Counted from the stretch's first letter, positions 48,836 through 59,755 are shown. The stretch: 64,000 nt of DNA from an uncultured Candidatus Saccharibacteria bacterium (GCA_964441495.1 CAYTXV010000001.1:58851-122850), one strand, 5' to 3'. The notes: generated by a model not told the origin, from the sequence alone. Made by a program: numbers and translations.

Positions 48836-50563
48836 CTATAGTCCGTAGACCTCTTGCATGAGAACATCACCCTTGAGTGCCTTCAGGAGTGCATCCTCGC
48901 GCAGTGTCGTCATGCCTTTTGCTCGACATACTTTATAAATCTCTTGTTCTACTGGGTTTTTGAGGATCACTTGCTGGATATCCTTGTCAACCTCAAACAT
49001 TTCAAACACTGCAATACGGCCTCGTGTCATAGAGGGTGCCTCTGAAGATGGTTTGAACTCGTACATCTTGGTTGGGATATCGAGTGACGCTTTGGTTTGT
49101 GGATCGAGGTCTGCAAACTGCTGGTCGATAAATGCGCGTGTAGCTTCATCGATAGGTACCTCGTGACGCGCACTTGGATGCACTCGTCTGACGAGACGCT
49201 GCGCCATGGCAAGCACCAGTGTCGGCGCGATAAGGTATGGATCGATACCCATATCGACGAGACGTGGGACGATACCTATAGAGTTGTTGGTGTGAATCGT
49301 CGAGAGCACGATGTGGCCAGTGAGCGCTGCTTGGATTGCGAGCTCCGCAGTTTCTTTGTCGCGGATTTCTCCCACCATGATGATGTTGGGGTCCTGACGA
49401 AGGATAGAGCGGAGTCCTGCTGCAAATGTATAACCGATCTCGGGAAGCACTTGCGACTGGGTTACACCGGGTATTTGGTATTCGACCGGGTCTTCGAGTG
49501 AGACGACGTTAGCACTTTCGCGATCGATGTCATTGAGCATCGAGTAAAGGGTTGTTGATTTACCAGAACCTGTTGGCCCCGAGATGAGGATAAGTCCATA
49601 TGGACGTGTGAGTGCGCGACGAATCATCTCGCGCTGCTGTGGTGCCATATCGAGATCGTCGATCTTGCGGATACCGCGCTCAGAGTCGAGGATACGCATC
49701 ACGATCTTTTCACCAAAGTATGCAGGAAATGTCGATACACGAAACTCGATCTTGCGTCCTTCGATCATTGTAAAGAATGAGCCGTCTTGCGGTTTGCGCT
49801 TCTCGTCGAGACGGAGCTTGGAGAGGATCTTGACACGAGCAATGATACCGTCAAATGTGTTAAGTGGTAGTACAAGTGTCGTATGAAGCGTACCGTCAAC
49901 GCGATAGCGAACTTTGACCTGTTCCCCGTTGTTTTCGATGTGGATGTCAGATGCACCACCTTCAACTGCGTGGTTGATGATGACTGAAACGATTTTGATG
50001 ATTGGTGCGTCTTCGACGATCTTTGCATCTCCTGCTTTTGTAGCGTCTTTGATGATATCTCCCTTGCCTTGGGCGACTTCTTTGTTGGCACGCTCAAGCT
50101 CATCGTTGAGGTCATCAACCGCTTTTTCGACTTCGGTGCTGACACCTTTGTACACTTCGATAGCCTGGAGATAGTCACTATGTGAGATGAGAAATACCTT
50201 AAACGGAACAGAAAGTTTGACGGAGATGAATTGAAGCGCATTCATCGCTTCGATGTTTTCGGGTTCAGTTACTCCAATCGAAAGCACGCCATCTGCAAAT
50301 CCTATCGGAACAAATTTGTAGTGTGTTGCAGCGCTCTCTTCGATGTATTTGACGATGTCAGGTGTGAGCGCGTGAACATTTACCTTTTGATATGGGATCT
50401 TATAAAATTCAGCCTTTGCGGCAGTGATAGCGTCTTCGGAAATACCTACAGAAAGAAGCGCTCTGGTGAGATCACCAGCAAACTCGGTATCGAGTGTTGT
50501 CATCACTTTGTTGTACTGCAACTCAGTGATGGTGTTTTGTGAGAGGAGAAAGTCGAGAAACAT
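48836..50563 (-). CDS. pilB: type IV pilus assembly ATPase
   Basis: ASDIHIE, RYRVDG, PQDG, GPTGSGKSTT, LRQDP, GEIRD, AQRLVR. Confidence 0.95.
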   Translation of the reverse strand: MFLDFLLSQNTITELQYNKVMTTLDTEFAGDLTRALLSVGISEDAITAAKAEFYKIPYQKVNVHALTPDIVKYIEESAATHYKFVPIGFADGVLSIGVTEPENIEAMNALQFISVKLSVPFKVFLISHSDYLQAIEVYKGVSTEVEKAVDDLNDELERANKEVAQGKGDIIKDATKAGDAKIVEDAPIIKIVSVIINHAVEGGASDIHIENNGEQVKVRYRVDGTLHTTLVLPLNTFDGIIARVKILSKLRLDEKRKPQDGSFFTMIEGRKIEFRVSTFPAYFGEKIVMRILDSERGIRKIDDLDMAPQQREMIRRALTRPYGLILISGPTGSGKSTTLYSMLNDIDRESANVVSLEDPVEYQIPGVTQSQVLPEIGYTFAAGLRSILRQDPNIIMVGEIRDKETAELAIQAALTGHIVLSTIHTNNSIGIVPRLVDMGIDPYLIAPTLVLAMAQRLVRRVHPSARHEVPIDEATRAFIDQQFADLDPQTKASLDIPTKMYEFKPSSEAPSMTRGRIAVFEMFEVDKDIQQVILKNPVEQEIYKVCRAKGMTTLREDALLKALKGDVLMQEVYGL

Positions 50564-50564
50564 G

Positions 50565-51224
50565 TTACCGAGCAAGTGTGGTAAATGTCATGATGTTCCC
50601 AGGAACAGTGATCGACCCTTGTGCAAGCACAGCGCGTACATAGTATGTCGTTGCGGGAGCAAGATCGGTAACCCGGTACAACACCGTACCGTTTTTGCCC
50701 AGTGGTACTGGTGCTGTTGCAGAACCAAGGAGGTCGTTTGTGCCGTACTCAAACACAACAGTTGCGGTTTCTGCATTGCTCAGTATGCCTTGTGCACCAA
50801 ACTCTGCGGTTGTTGCAGTAACCTTTGCTGGCTGAATCGTATCAAACTGTACCTGTGTTACTGGCGCAATCCCACTGATCGCACCAGAGTCCACACCAAT
50901 CGGCGCAAATGGGTTTGGGCGACCTTTGGTATCTACCCCGAGTGTGATGGGGTAATCACGAAGCGCTCGATATGCGCTATTTGTAAAGAGAGTCGTATCG
51001 ATACTGATACTGCTGATAGTTGAGAGTAGTATCGAAAACTCACTTGGCGCACTACTTGCTTGCGGTATCGGCACTCCTGCTGCACGCTCTACAGAAGACG
51101 CAATACCACTACTGTTTGCAGGACTTGAAGGTTGACTACCTGATCCACCTAGAAAAGTTACTCCTGCAATGATTGCAGCAAGCACGATCCCGACGATAGC
51201 AAAGATTTTGACTTTTTTACTCAT
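50565..51224 (-). CDS. membrane-anchored protein with a C-terminal fibronectin type III-like domain
   Basis: Transmembrane helix, GRPNPFAP, FEYGT...LAPATTYYVRA...FTT. Confidence 0.75.
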   Translation of the reverse strand: MSKKVKIFAIVGIVLAAIIAGVTFLGGSGSQPSSPANSSGIASSVERAAGVPIPQASSAPSEFSILLSTISSISIDTTLFTNSAYRALRDYPITLGVDTKGRPNPFAPIGVDSGAISGIAPVTQVQFDTIQPAKVTATTAEFGAQGILSNAETATVVFEYGTNDLLGSATAPVPLGKNGTVLYRVTDLAPATTYYVRAVLAQGSITVPGNIMTFTTLAR

Positions 51225-51225
51225 A

Positions 51226-51798
51226 CTATTGTTTTAACCAATACGTTTTTAATGTGACCTTGTACGCCATACTGGTCGCAGCACTCTGTTGGACACCCTG
51301 ATTTGCGGGTGCAAACTCTATGTTCGTAACATCCACAAGGCGAAGGTTCTGTTCGAGATCAGAGAGAAATGCAAGAAAGTTTTTGTATTGCCCAGAGATT
51401 TGGAACGAGATGACGAACTCTCCATATGGACGCTTTGGAGCTGCTGGGTCTTGCACACCTGTCGTACTTGCACCTTGATCTGTTTGATAGTCAACATTTC
51501 GAAGCGAAGAAAGTCCGTTCTTTTTGGCGAGAGAATCAATCTGAATGATGAGTCTGATGTTATCGACAGAGTCTGGAAGGAGTGTCTTCAGGTTGTCGAG
51601 ATCAGTTTTGCTGATACTGTTGTACCTGAGCAATAGTTCGTCACGAGATCGTGCAAGCTTTGCTGCGGTTTCGAGGTTTGCTTGTGCGGTTGCAAGTGCC
51701 TGGCGATTTTCTTGCAATGTATCGTACTCAGGTTTGATGAGCACGATAAATGTCGTAATCGATACCGCTATGAGAAGTAGTGAGAAAAAGTATTTCAT
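51226..51798 (-). CDS. pilO: PilO-like protein
   Basis: LLPD...ISGQYKNFLAFLSDLEQNLRLVDV; position in the pil operon. Confidence 0.8.
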   Translation of the reverse strand: MKYFFSLLLIAVSITTFIVLIKPEYDTLQENRQALATAQANLETAAKLARSRDELLLRYNSISKTDLDNLKTLLPDSVDNIRLIIQIDSLAKKNGLSSLRNVDYQTDQGASTTGVQDPAAPKRPYGEFVISFQISGQYKNFLAFLSDLEQNLRLVDVTNIEFAPANQGVQQSAATSMAYKVTLKTYWLKQ

Positions 51799-52439
51799 AT
51801 ATTTGTTACAGCACCCTGACGTCCGAGGCTTGCGATAAATGCTTCATATGACAAAGACGCGGGATTGACGTCAAATGTCAGCTTGAAGTTAACATCATTA
51901 GTCTTTTCATCGATGGTGAGATTTGAAAAGACAGGGTTTTTTATAAGTGTGTTTTGTGTAAATGAGTCAGACTGAAGCGCAATGGTTGCATACGCTTTTG
52001 CGGTTCCGGTCAAAGTAACACGAACAACTGTTTCTTTGGTTGATTGATCGGGGGCAAATGCATAACTAAACGTTTTGTACTGAACCGACCGAAGTGTTGT
52101 TTGTTCGAGTGCTGCAAAGATAGGAGAGACAACGATATGGCTACCGATTGTTTGTTTTGCTGCATTGATACGAGCATCGAGTCGCTTCATGTCTGCGAGA
52201 AACTCTGTGCCGATACCTTTGCGAGCTTCGTTGATCTGTAGATCAGCTTTTTGTTTCTGAGCGAGCACGTTTTTTTGATAGAGGCGCACACCAACATATG
52301 AAACCCCGGCTGCAAGCACTGCTACAAACGCAAGAAGTGACAAGATCCCAACCACATGCGATTTTGGGCGCGGTGCAGACACAGGCTCAGTGCTTACTGG
52401 GCGCTTTGGGATAAACGATGTCGGCATCATTGGTTCCAT
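51795..52439 (-). CDS. pilN: PilN-like protein
   Basis: Single transmembrane helix, coiled coil, LTGTA; lies between pilM and pilO. Confidence 0.7.
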   Translation of the reverse strand: MEPMMPTSFIPKRPVSTEPVSAPRPKSHVVGILSLLAFVAVLAAGVSYVGVRLYQKNVLAQKQKADLQINEARKGIGTEFLADMKRLDARINAAKQTIGSHIVVSPIFAALEQTTLRSVQYKTFSYAFAPDQSTKETVVRVTLTGTAKAYATIALQSDSFTQNTLIKNPVFSNLTIDEKTNDVNFKLTFDVNPASLSYEAFIASLGRQGAVTNI

Positions 52440-52503
52440 TGATGCATCAAGTATACAAGGAGTGCTTGTATAGATGCAATAGTGTTTTGCACAGATTGCT
52501 TAC

Positions 52504-53634
52504 TTATTGAAACTTTTTGAGTGCAAGTCCAAGTGCAATCGAAAACTCTGGGCCCGTTGTCTTGAGTACACCCGCGAGAAACACTGGTGCATCTACTTTT
52601 GCAAACGGGTCTGCGATAGTGAGCTCAGCGGCAAAGCTCTCTCGTGCGTATTCGAGTAGTCCCTTGGTCATCGCACCACCTCCTGTAAAGATGATTTTGC
52701 CAATGTTTTTGTTGTAGCGCTTTTCGTATGCGAGGATGTTGGTATTTGCTTCTTGAAAGATAGTCGCAAATTGCGTCTTCATGATATCTGCAACCGTGGG
52801 GTGCTCCGGAGACGGGATAAGGCCAAACTGCTTTTTGTATTCTTCTGCTTTTTGAAAATTGGTTTCGAGTGCGTGCGCGATCGCAGTGGTCATATCATGA
52901 CTTCCTCGATTGACGAGGCGGAACGTCTCGACGATACCATGCTCAACGATAGTAAGTTTCGTCTTTGATGCACCGATATCGATGATAAGCACTGGGAACA
53001 GCTCACGGGTAAGTACTGATCTGATATGACTAAAGATCTCGATCTCAAGTGAGTCTGTCGGGAGTCCTGCTTTTTGCATGACCTCAGTGTATTTGATAAG
53101 TGTCTCGTTAAGTGTTGCAACAACAAGCACTGACATAGTTGCTTCCCCACCACTTTCTGCAACAACTCGAGATGCGACACCTGAGTCCTCACGTCGTGGG
53201 ATGACATACCAGTCAAGCGAGACGTCTTCGATAGGAACAGGGATAAACTTTTTGGATTCTGTCGGGATCACTTGTGGCAAGCTTGCCTCTTCGACAGCTG
53301 CAGGAAGCTGCAAGATGAAAATAATACATGAGATCGACGGGATACCGACCACAACGTTTTTGCTCTGAATGTTTGTTTCTTTGAGTGCATCAAGAAGTGC
53401 TTTGGTTGTAGTATCGACATCAAGCGAAACAATCTCGCCAAGCGCGCCACCTTCTTTGTACTGTCCAAGTGAAAGTGCGCCGTATGTCGAAAGGATTGCG
53501 CGACCGTTTTCACGTTTGAGTTCAACCACCTTGATCGATGATGAACCGATGTCGATGCCGACTGCTGTGTTGTCTTGCGCCTTGCCAAAGATACCACTGA
53601 GTGCGGATTTGAGACTACCGAGTATACTGTCCAT
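52504..53634 (-). CDS. pilM: type IV pilus assembly protein PilM
   Basis: GIDIGSSSIKVVEL, IDIGAS, FTGGGA, ALGLAL. Confidence 0.93.
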   Translation of the reverse strand: MDSILGSLKSALSGIFGKAQDNTAVGIDIGSSSIKVVELKRENGRAILSTYGALSLGQYKEGGALGEIVSLDVDTTTKALLDALKETNIQSKNVVVGIPSISCIIFILQLPAAVEEASLPQVIPTESKKFIPVPIEDVSLDWYVIPRREDSGVASRVVAESGGEATMSVLVVATLNETLIKYTEVMQKAGLPTDSLEIEIFSHIRSVLTRELFPVLIIDIGASKTKLTIVEHGIVETFRLVNRGSHDMTTAIAHALETNFQKAEEYKKQFGLIPSPEHPTVADIMKTQFATIFQEANTNILAYEKRYNKNIGKIIFTGGGAMTKGLLEYARESFAAELTIADPFAKVDAPVFLAGVLKTTGPEFSIALGLALKKFQ

Positions 53635-53669
53635 ATAGCTCTAGTATAAAGCATATCTGGATATTTCCT

Positions 53670-54290
53670 ATGGGGTCATGGATTGGGCAACTTTTGTTCC
53701 CCGAACACTGTAGTGTCTGTGGTCGTCCTGGAAGCGCGCTGTGTGGTGCGTGTATCTCGCAGCTCCCACCTGCCCCCAGGCTTCCTGCTCCAGATATCGC
53801 GCTCTACCACTACAGGACCCGTATCGTTTGGAAAGCTATCTGGGAGCTCAAGTACTATAGAAAGAGCGAGGTAGCTCGAGCACTTGCGCGCGCAGCAGTC
53901 CCTAGGATCACGGCACTCCTTGCCGATCACAAAACTATCGCCCTCGTCCCTATACCAGGAAGTCCGAAACGGTTTCGTGAGCGTGGCTACAACCAATCTG
54001 CACTCCTTGCTCTATGGTGGTGCAAGCATATCAAGCATGCGCGTGTACAACACCTCCTCTACAAATCACGATTTACACTTCCCCAAGCACGCTGCGGCAA
54101 ACATGAACGCCTCACCAATGTGAAAGACTCGATGCGCTGCACGAGAGCGCTCGATCCACACACAACATACATCATCATCGACGACGTGATAACGACCGGT
54201 GCAACTATCGCCGAAGCACGCCGCGCGCTCACCGAGCGCGGTGCCCAGCGCATCATCGCCCTTGCCCTTGCGCATGGGTATAAGCGATGA
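53670..54290 (+). CDS. comF: ComF-family competence protein
   Basis: N-terminal CxxC pairs, ERGYNQS, IIDDVITTGAT. Confidence 0.92.
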   Translation: MGSWIGQLLFPEHCSVCGRPGSALCGACISQLPPAPRLPAPDIALYHYRTRIVWKAIWELKYYRKSEVARALARAAVPRITALLADHKTIALVPIPGSPKRFRERGYNQSALLALWWCKHIKHARVQHLLYKSRFTLPQARCGKHERLTNVKDSMRCTRALDPHTTYIIIDDVITTGATIAEARRALTERGAQRIIALALAHGYKR

Positions 54291-54326
54291 ATTTATAAAG
54301 AAAAAACCCGAGCGATAGCTCAGGTT

Positions 54327-54758
54327 TCATGTACGTAACGGTTTGGTGATGAGTAACTGATCAAACACTTCTTGCAAAGAACTGCCAGAAACTTCTACAA
54401 CACGTTCGCCAGGTATATCTCCAAGCGAAGTAAGTTTGTGTGTCTGATAGGTGACTTTAAGCAGCTCACCATCAAGATTGATCTGTGTGAAGCTGTTAGA
54501 CAAAAACATGTCTTCTTGTGTCGTAGTAATAGGAGATACGGGTTTGTATACCTGATCAGCTTGCTCTTTGAGTCTCGGAAGATCAAGTACTTTTGCAACA
54601 AGGCATACTAGTGCGTGACGAACACCAGCTGTCCACTCAAAACGAGCGATTTCTGCATCATCTACTACATACGAAACCACAAATACTTTGTAGCGATCTC
54701 CGATAAGGATACTTCCCCCTTTACGTAATACTTGTTTTATTTGATTGTCGATATTCAT
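54327..54758 (-). CDS. hypothetical protein
   Basis: Open frame MNIDNQIKQVLRKGG..., followed by a terminator at about 54300-54327. Confidence 0.55.
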   Translation of the reverse strand: MNIDNQIKQVLRKGGSILIGDRYKVFVVSYVVDDAEIARFEWTAGVRHALVCLVAKVLDLPRLKEQADQVYKPVSPITTTQEDMFLSNSFTQINLDGELLKVTYQTHKLTSLGDIPGERVVEVSGSSLQEVFDQLLITKPLRT

Positions 54759-54827
54759 GCTGATAGTGCTATTTGAGGCAATCCTATAGCTTTTTGAAAA
54801 AAAAGCAATCTGTTCCATAATAGGCAC

Positions 54828-56114
54828 ATGAGCGACAGCTACACCCTATATAGTCTGGTCAAAAACCAAAACTTCTCAGTGTCGACGGACACCAGGACCA
54901 TTGCTCAGGGAGATATTTTTTTTGCACTTCAGGGAGACTCGTTTAATGGAAATGCCTATGCGCAAGAAGCCCTTGATAAGGGTGCTTCTTGGGTAATCGT
55001 TGACGATGCAAATTATAAAATAAATGATTCCTGTATCGTTGTTCAAGATACACTTCGCGCACTTCAAGATATCGCACATATTCATCGAAAAACATTTACT
55101 ATTCCTGTTATTGTTGTTGGTGGTTCTAATGGTAAAACAACGACCAAAGAACTCATCGCTGCCACCCTTTCACAAAAGTACACAGTCCACACAACAAAAG
55201 ATAACCTCAACAACCATATCGGTGTTCCGTTAACCTTGCTTGGTATACGAGAACAAACACAAATAGCACTCATTGAAATTGGGGCAAACCACCCACACGA
55301 ACATACGAACCTGCTGGAAATTGTCGAACCCACACATGTACTAGTAACAAACAATGGTGCGGATCATTTAGAAGGATTCGGAACTCTTGAAGGTGTCCGC
55401 AAGGCAAATGCTGAAATATATGAATGGGCAAAAAAGAATACTGCTGTGATATTTGTGAACAAGACGTTGTCTGACTTGGTACAAGACAGCACCTCACCTG
55501 AACAATATTTATATCCGACAAAACAATGGATGAGTACTTCTGAGTTATTTGCATCAGGCATATATGATAGTATTCCTATTTATTCACAACTTTTTGGTAC
55601 ATACAACGAAGACAATATGCTTGCTGCCATCAGTTTAGGGGAATACTTTGGTGTAGATATAGCTCACATCAAAAAATCTCTCGAAGAATACGTTCCATCC
55701 CTCAAACGATCTCAGATCATCAAACAAGGTAGCACTACCGTTATCCTTGATTGTTACAACGCCAACCCTTCAAGTATGAAACTTGCGCTGCAAGATTTTG
55801 TTTCTTCATCAGTACCAGGAAAAAGGGTGCTTATACTTGGCGATATGCTAGAAATGGGAGATGTCGAAGCAGATGTTCACAAAGAGATATTGGAGTTTGT
55901 ACAAAAGTCTCAAGACCCAAACGATAGAGTGATTTGTGTTGGACCGAGATTTGGTATGTATAAAGATATGTACACATTTTCATTTTTCTCAGACTCGATT
56001 ACTGCACGAGCATATGTCAACACACTTGATTTAGATGATATGTATGTTTTCCTAAAAGCATCGAGAGGTATCAAACTTGAAGAAGTGATAAAAGAAAAAT
56101 TTCTCCTTAATTAA
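54828..56114 (+). CDS. murF: UDP-MurNAc-tripeptide--D-Ala-D-Ala ligase
   Basis: TDTRTI, GSNGKTTTKE, NNHIGVPLTL, DCYNANPSSM, LGDMLEMG, KASRG. Confidence 0.96.
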   Translation: MSDSYTLYSLVKNQNFSVSTDTRTIAQGDIFFALQGDSFNGNAYAQEALDKGASWVIVDDANYKINDSCIVVQDTLRALQDIAHIHRKTFTIPVIVVGGSNGKTTTKELIAATLSQKYTVHTTKDNLNNHIGVPLTLLGIREQTQIALIEIGANHPHEHTNLLEIVEPTHVLVTNNGADHLEGFGTLEGVRKANAEIYEWAKKNTAVIFVNKTLSDLVQDSTSPEQYLYPTKQWMSTSELFASGIYDSIPIYSQLFGTYNEDNMLAAISLGEYFGVDIAHIKKSLEEYVPSLKRSQIIKQGSTTVILDCYNANPSSMKLALQDFVSSSVPGKRVLILGDMLEMGDVEADVHKEILEFVQKSQDPNDRVICVGPRFGMYKDMYTFSFFSDSITARAYVNTLDLDDMYVFLKASRGIKLEEVIKEKFLLN

Positions 56115-56135
56115 GGAGAAATTGTACTGCTACTG

Positions 56136-56357
56136 TTAGGCTACCGCTGAATCTTCTTCTGGATGATTTCCTGGAATATCACACACAGGTTGACCAGAAA
56201 GATTTAATCCGACTGCAAGTTCTTTACAGAAGGAACACTCTACCTCTCTTTTTTGTATTTTTTCCAAAAGTTTGATAGCTTCATTGTTTTCAGCCCAAAA
56301 ACTTTGAGCTCCAGAAGATTGGGTTAAGCCCGTGCTTGGGTTTGCATAAACTATCAT
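56136..56357 (-). CDS. small hypothetical protein (CxxC...C..H)
   Basis: AT-rich ORF with a TTGAAA...TATAAT promoter at about 56383-56410. Confidence 0.5.
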   Translation of the reverse strand: MIVYANPSTGLTQSSGAQSFWAENNEAIKLLEKIQKREVECSFCKELAVGLNLSGQPVCDIPGNHPEEDSAVA

Positions 56358-56451
56358 AAAATATTTAGTTTAGTTTTTTTCATTATATACCATATATTTT
56401 CGCGCTTTCAAATCTTTATATAAAAACACCCCCAAAGCTTCATAGAGGGTG

Positions 56452-56736
56452 TTAAATGATAATTTCTTCCAAAACTCGATGCCTCTGCTTTACCTGTTCT
56501 TCTGATGGGGAATTTTCAGTAATTAATGCGTGTCCGTATTTTACAAACATATTTCCAATATACATTTCTTCATAAATAAGCATCTTGGAAACATTTGCAC
56601 TTTTTAGAATCTGCAAGAAATTTTGCCAATCTTCATGTTCAGCATATGAAACACTTTTTGGATATTGTTTCTGAAAAATTCGAATCGAAAGCTTGAGGTA
56701 GTTTTGAAAGTAAGGCTTAGTATAAATTAAATGCAT
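56452..56736 (-). CDS. AT-rich hypothetical protein
   Basis: Open frame MHLIYTKP..., followed by a terminator hairpin. Confidence 0.5.
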   Translation of the reverse strand: MHLIYTKPYFQNYLKLSIRIFQKQYPKSVSYAEHEDWQNFLQILKSANVSKMLIYEEMYIGNMFVKYGHALITENSPSEEQVKQRHRVLEEIII

Positions 56737-56746
56737 AGACTTACTT

Positions 56747-57370
56747 TTACTCCTCATCAAACTGATGCAGATACTTCCATTCAAGAAATTTGGTAAACAG
56801 ATTCATCTGATGTTGTGTTCTTTTGAGGAATTTTTTCCTGAAAGGATCATTGAGAAATTCTTGTGGCATTGCAAACAAGCCAGGCACCCCTTTGTCACAT
56901 ATGAGCGCCTTTATCCCCCAATGTTTTTTGAGCGCCTCATCGAGTTCAAGCGAGGTAAGCAAACTACTTCCCTGAGCAAGAACTATATCCATTTCAAGAT
57001 GTTCTTCAAAATATGGATGCCTTACAAAATTAAATTCTGTAATTAACTCTTTTGCTTTTGAAAAATTTTTGAAAGGATCTCCTGATACTGTTTCCAACCT
57101 CGGGGTTTTTCCCTCAAGATGAAAAACTGTGTTGTGAATTAGTTCTATCTGAACATACGGGTAGAACAACCTAAACGTGTCCACTTTTTTGTACGGAGGA
57201 CAGTGCCCTTCACAAGACATCACTGTTTGGAATCCATGACACTGCAATAATGCTACTGTGTCTTCAATTTTTGGATCAAGAACTACTTCCCAATCCTCAC
57301 TATGTTTCTTGGTGACAGCAACTGAAAGATCGAGTTTTGATCGTAAATATTCTTTTTTTAACTTTTTCAT
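56747..57370 (-). CDS. AT-rich hypothetical protein with an SCEGH motif
   Basis: LDPKIEDTVALLQCHGFQTVMSCEGH...PYV, a TYW3-like N-terminal pattern. Confidence 0.65.
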   Translation of the reverse strand: MKKLKKEYLRSKLDLSVAVTKKHSEDWEVVLDPKIEDTVALLQCHGFQTVMSCEGHCPPYKKVDTFRLFYPYVQIELIHNTVFHLEGKTPRLETVSGDPFKNFSKAKELITEFNFVRHPYFEEHLEMDIVLAQGSSLLTSLELDEALKKHWGIKALICDKGVPGLFAMPQEFLNDPFRKKFLKRTQHQMNLFTKFLEWKYLHQFDEE

Positions 57371-57417
57371 TTTGTATAGTTTTTCACACTATACACTTAT
57401 TTATATAAAAGTCAATA

Positions 57418-59673
57418 CTACTTCGCCACCTTTACCGCCTCATCAAACTTGATCGAGAGAAGTTTGGACGCACCGTCAGAACCGAGCGTGACACCATAGA
57501 GGACATTGGCGCGAGACATCGTCTCACGGTTGTGAGTGACGACGATGAGCTGTGAGTACTCACTGAGGCGCTCGACCATCTCCCCATAGCGACGAGAGTT
57601 TGCTTCATCGAGTGCTGCATCAGTCTCGTCAAGCACGAGAAATGGTGGTGGATTGACCTGACTGATCGCAAAGAGAAGTGCAATAGAAACAAGTGAGCGT
57701 TCGCCTCCTGAGAGCATGGTGAGCTCTTTTACTTTCTTTTCGGGGAGACTCACATGTACCTCGATACCACGCTCCATAAATCGCTCGTCTGTTTGTTCAT
57801 CTTCTTGTATATCGAGCTCAAGGTCTTCTTCACCCTTTTTCTTGCGACGCTTTTCTGTAGTGATCGAGAGGAATGCACCTCCTCCACCAAACATGGTTTT
57901 GAAGAACTCGCTGAATCGTTCGTTGATGATCGCAACACCGCTTGTAAACTTGTCGTCGAGGACCTTTTTGAGATCGATGATGAGTGTCTCGAGATTGCGG
58001 ATACTACTTTCGATATCGGCAACTTCTCGCAAGAGAAATGCATCACGCTCAACAGCACTCTCGTACTCACTCACGACATCGTGTCCGATACCTGCGTGTT
58101 CATCCAGACGGATCTTGAGTCTATCGATCGTGCGTTTGAGTTCGTGCAGGTTAAGCTCTGGCACTGGAGCTGTTGCGCGAAGTGTGTGGAGAAACTGCGG
58201 ACCAAACAGTATCGCTGCTTCCTTGAGTTCCGTATCAAAGATTTCCTTGCGCGCCATCCAGGTACTGTGGCTTGCCGAGAGGATATGGAGCTCTGCATTG
58301 CACTCAGTGAGCTCCCCCTGCATCTGATACCGTGCTGCCACAGCGCTCTGCTGCGTGCGCACATGATCCTCGCGAGCCTGCTCGAGTGAAGTTATCTCGT
58401 GTAGCACTCTTTGTTCGTCTTGGACGATCGCACCAAGCTCACGCTGTAGATCCTCAAGCTCAAGCGCAATGTCTGCAAGGTTGTTTGCAGGTGCTCCCGT
58501 ATGGGCTCTACTCTCTTGTGGTTGTCGAGCGCGCAGTGAGGCAAGGAGCACCTCAATCGTCTCACGCGCACGTGAGACATCCTCCATTGATTGTGCCTGG
58601 GCAAGTACGTGTACAAAGTGCTCAAGATCGCCGAGGAGCTGCGTGTACTCAGTTGGTGCAAATGTAACACTTGGACCTTCGGGCGCCTTGTGTTCATGGA
58701 CAAGCCTGCGCTCGACTTCGATCATCCCTTCGAGTCTACCGATGCGATTTTCGATTTGGCGACGTTTGTCTCTGAGTGTGTCGAGTACCTTGCGTGCAGC
58801 GACGATAGACTGTGTGTGCTCTCCTGTGACTTCTTGAGGAAGTGATGTGAGCGCCTGCTCGAGATCTGACTTTTTGTGCTGCAATAGTTGTATCGCGCTA
58901 CTGAGACGTGCTTCTTCTTGTTCAAGGAGCATCTTTTCGGTGGCAAGGTATTGTACGAGGACACCTTCGAGTTCGGTCCGGATTGATTTACCCTTTTCTA
59001 TCTTTTCAACCTGCTTTTTGAGGAAAGTAAGATGCGGCGCAAGTTCGCGGCGAAGCGACTGGACTTCTTTGAGCGTATCAGCGCTTTTGATGAGTTTAGA
59101 TTCGGTTTCTTTGATGCGGTAGTGATAGATCTTGAGCCCGAGCGCTTCTTCGAGCATCTCGCGTCGCTCGCGCGGGTTGACGCGCAAGATACTGTCAGCT
59201 TCACCCTGAGAGATAATGTGGTGACTCGATGCGCCAATGTTGACCGACGAGAGGAGCTCGATCATTGTCTTGAGTCTGATCTCAGTACCATTCATGAGGT
59301 ACTTACTTGTCCCATCAGCAAAGAGTTCTCGGGTAAATGTAATCGTATCGAACAGTACCGGAGAATGTTCACCAGACTCACCTTCACGAAGCGGAAAGGC
59401 AAACACGTTGTCACGATTGTCAAACGTGATAGAGACTGATGCACGTGCAAGCTTGGCTGCACCGTTTGACCCACGGAAGATGAGATCGGCACCAGTTTTG
59501 CCGCGCATGCTTTTCATTGATTGCTCCCCAAGCACAAAGCGAAACGCTTCAACCACGTTTGATTTACCCGAACCGTTGGGTCCGACGACTGCGGTTACTG
59601 GGGCAGTAAACGCAAGACTACTCTTTTTTGCAAATGATTTGAATCCGACAATCTCGATGTGCTGGAGACGCAT
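57418..59673 (-). CDS. smc: shortened SMC-family ATPase
   Basis: GFKSF, GPNGSGKSN, ISQG, LSGGE, LDETDAALD, VTHN. Confidence 0.92.
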   Translation of the reverse strand: MRLQHIEIVGFKSFAKKSSLAFTAPVTAVVGPNGSGKSNVVEAFRFVLGEQSMKSMRGKTGADLIFRGSNGAAKLARASVSITFDNRDNVFAFPLREGESGEHSPVLFDTITFTRELFADGTSKYLMNGTEIRLKTMIELLSSVNIGASSHHIISQGEADSILRVNPRERREMLEEALGLKIYHYRIKETESKLIKSADTLKEVQSLRRELAPHLTFLKKQVEKIEKGKSIRTELEGVLVQYLATEKMLLEQEEARLSSAIQLLQHKKSDLEQALTSLPQEVTGEHTQSIVAARKVLDTLRDKRRQIENRIGRLEGMIEVERRLVHEHKAPEGPSVTFAPTEYTQLLGDLEHFVHVLAQAQSMEDVSRARETIEVLLASLRARQPQESRAHTGAPANNLADIALELEDLQRELGAIVQDEQRVLHEITSLEQAREDHVRTQQSAVAARYQMQGELTECNAELHILSASHSTWMARKEIFDTELKEAAILFGPQFLHTLRATAPVPELNLHELKRTIDRLKIRLDEHAGIGHDVVSEYESAVERDAFLLREVADIESSIRNLETLIIDLKKVLDDKFTSGVAIINERFSEFFKTMFGGGGAFLSITTEKRRKKKGEEDLELDIQEDEQTDERFMERGIEVHVSLPEKKVKELTMLSGGERSLVSIALLFAISQVNPPPFLVLDETDAALDEANSRRYGEMVERLSEYSQLIVVTHNRETMSRANVLYGVTLGSDGASKLLSIKFDEAVKVAK

Positions 59674-59755
59674 GATTGTACAAGTATACCACCTTGGACA
59701 AATAAAAAAGCGTCCACTTATCGTGAACGCTTAGACATTTTCTACTGCTTTACTG

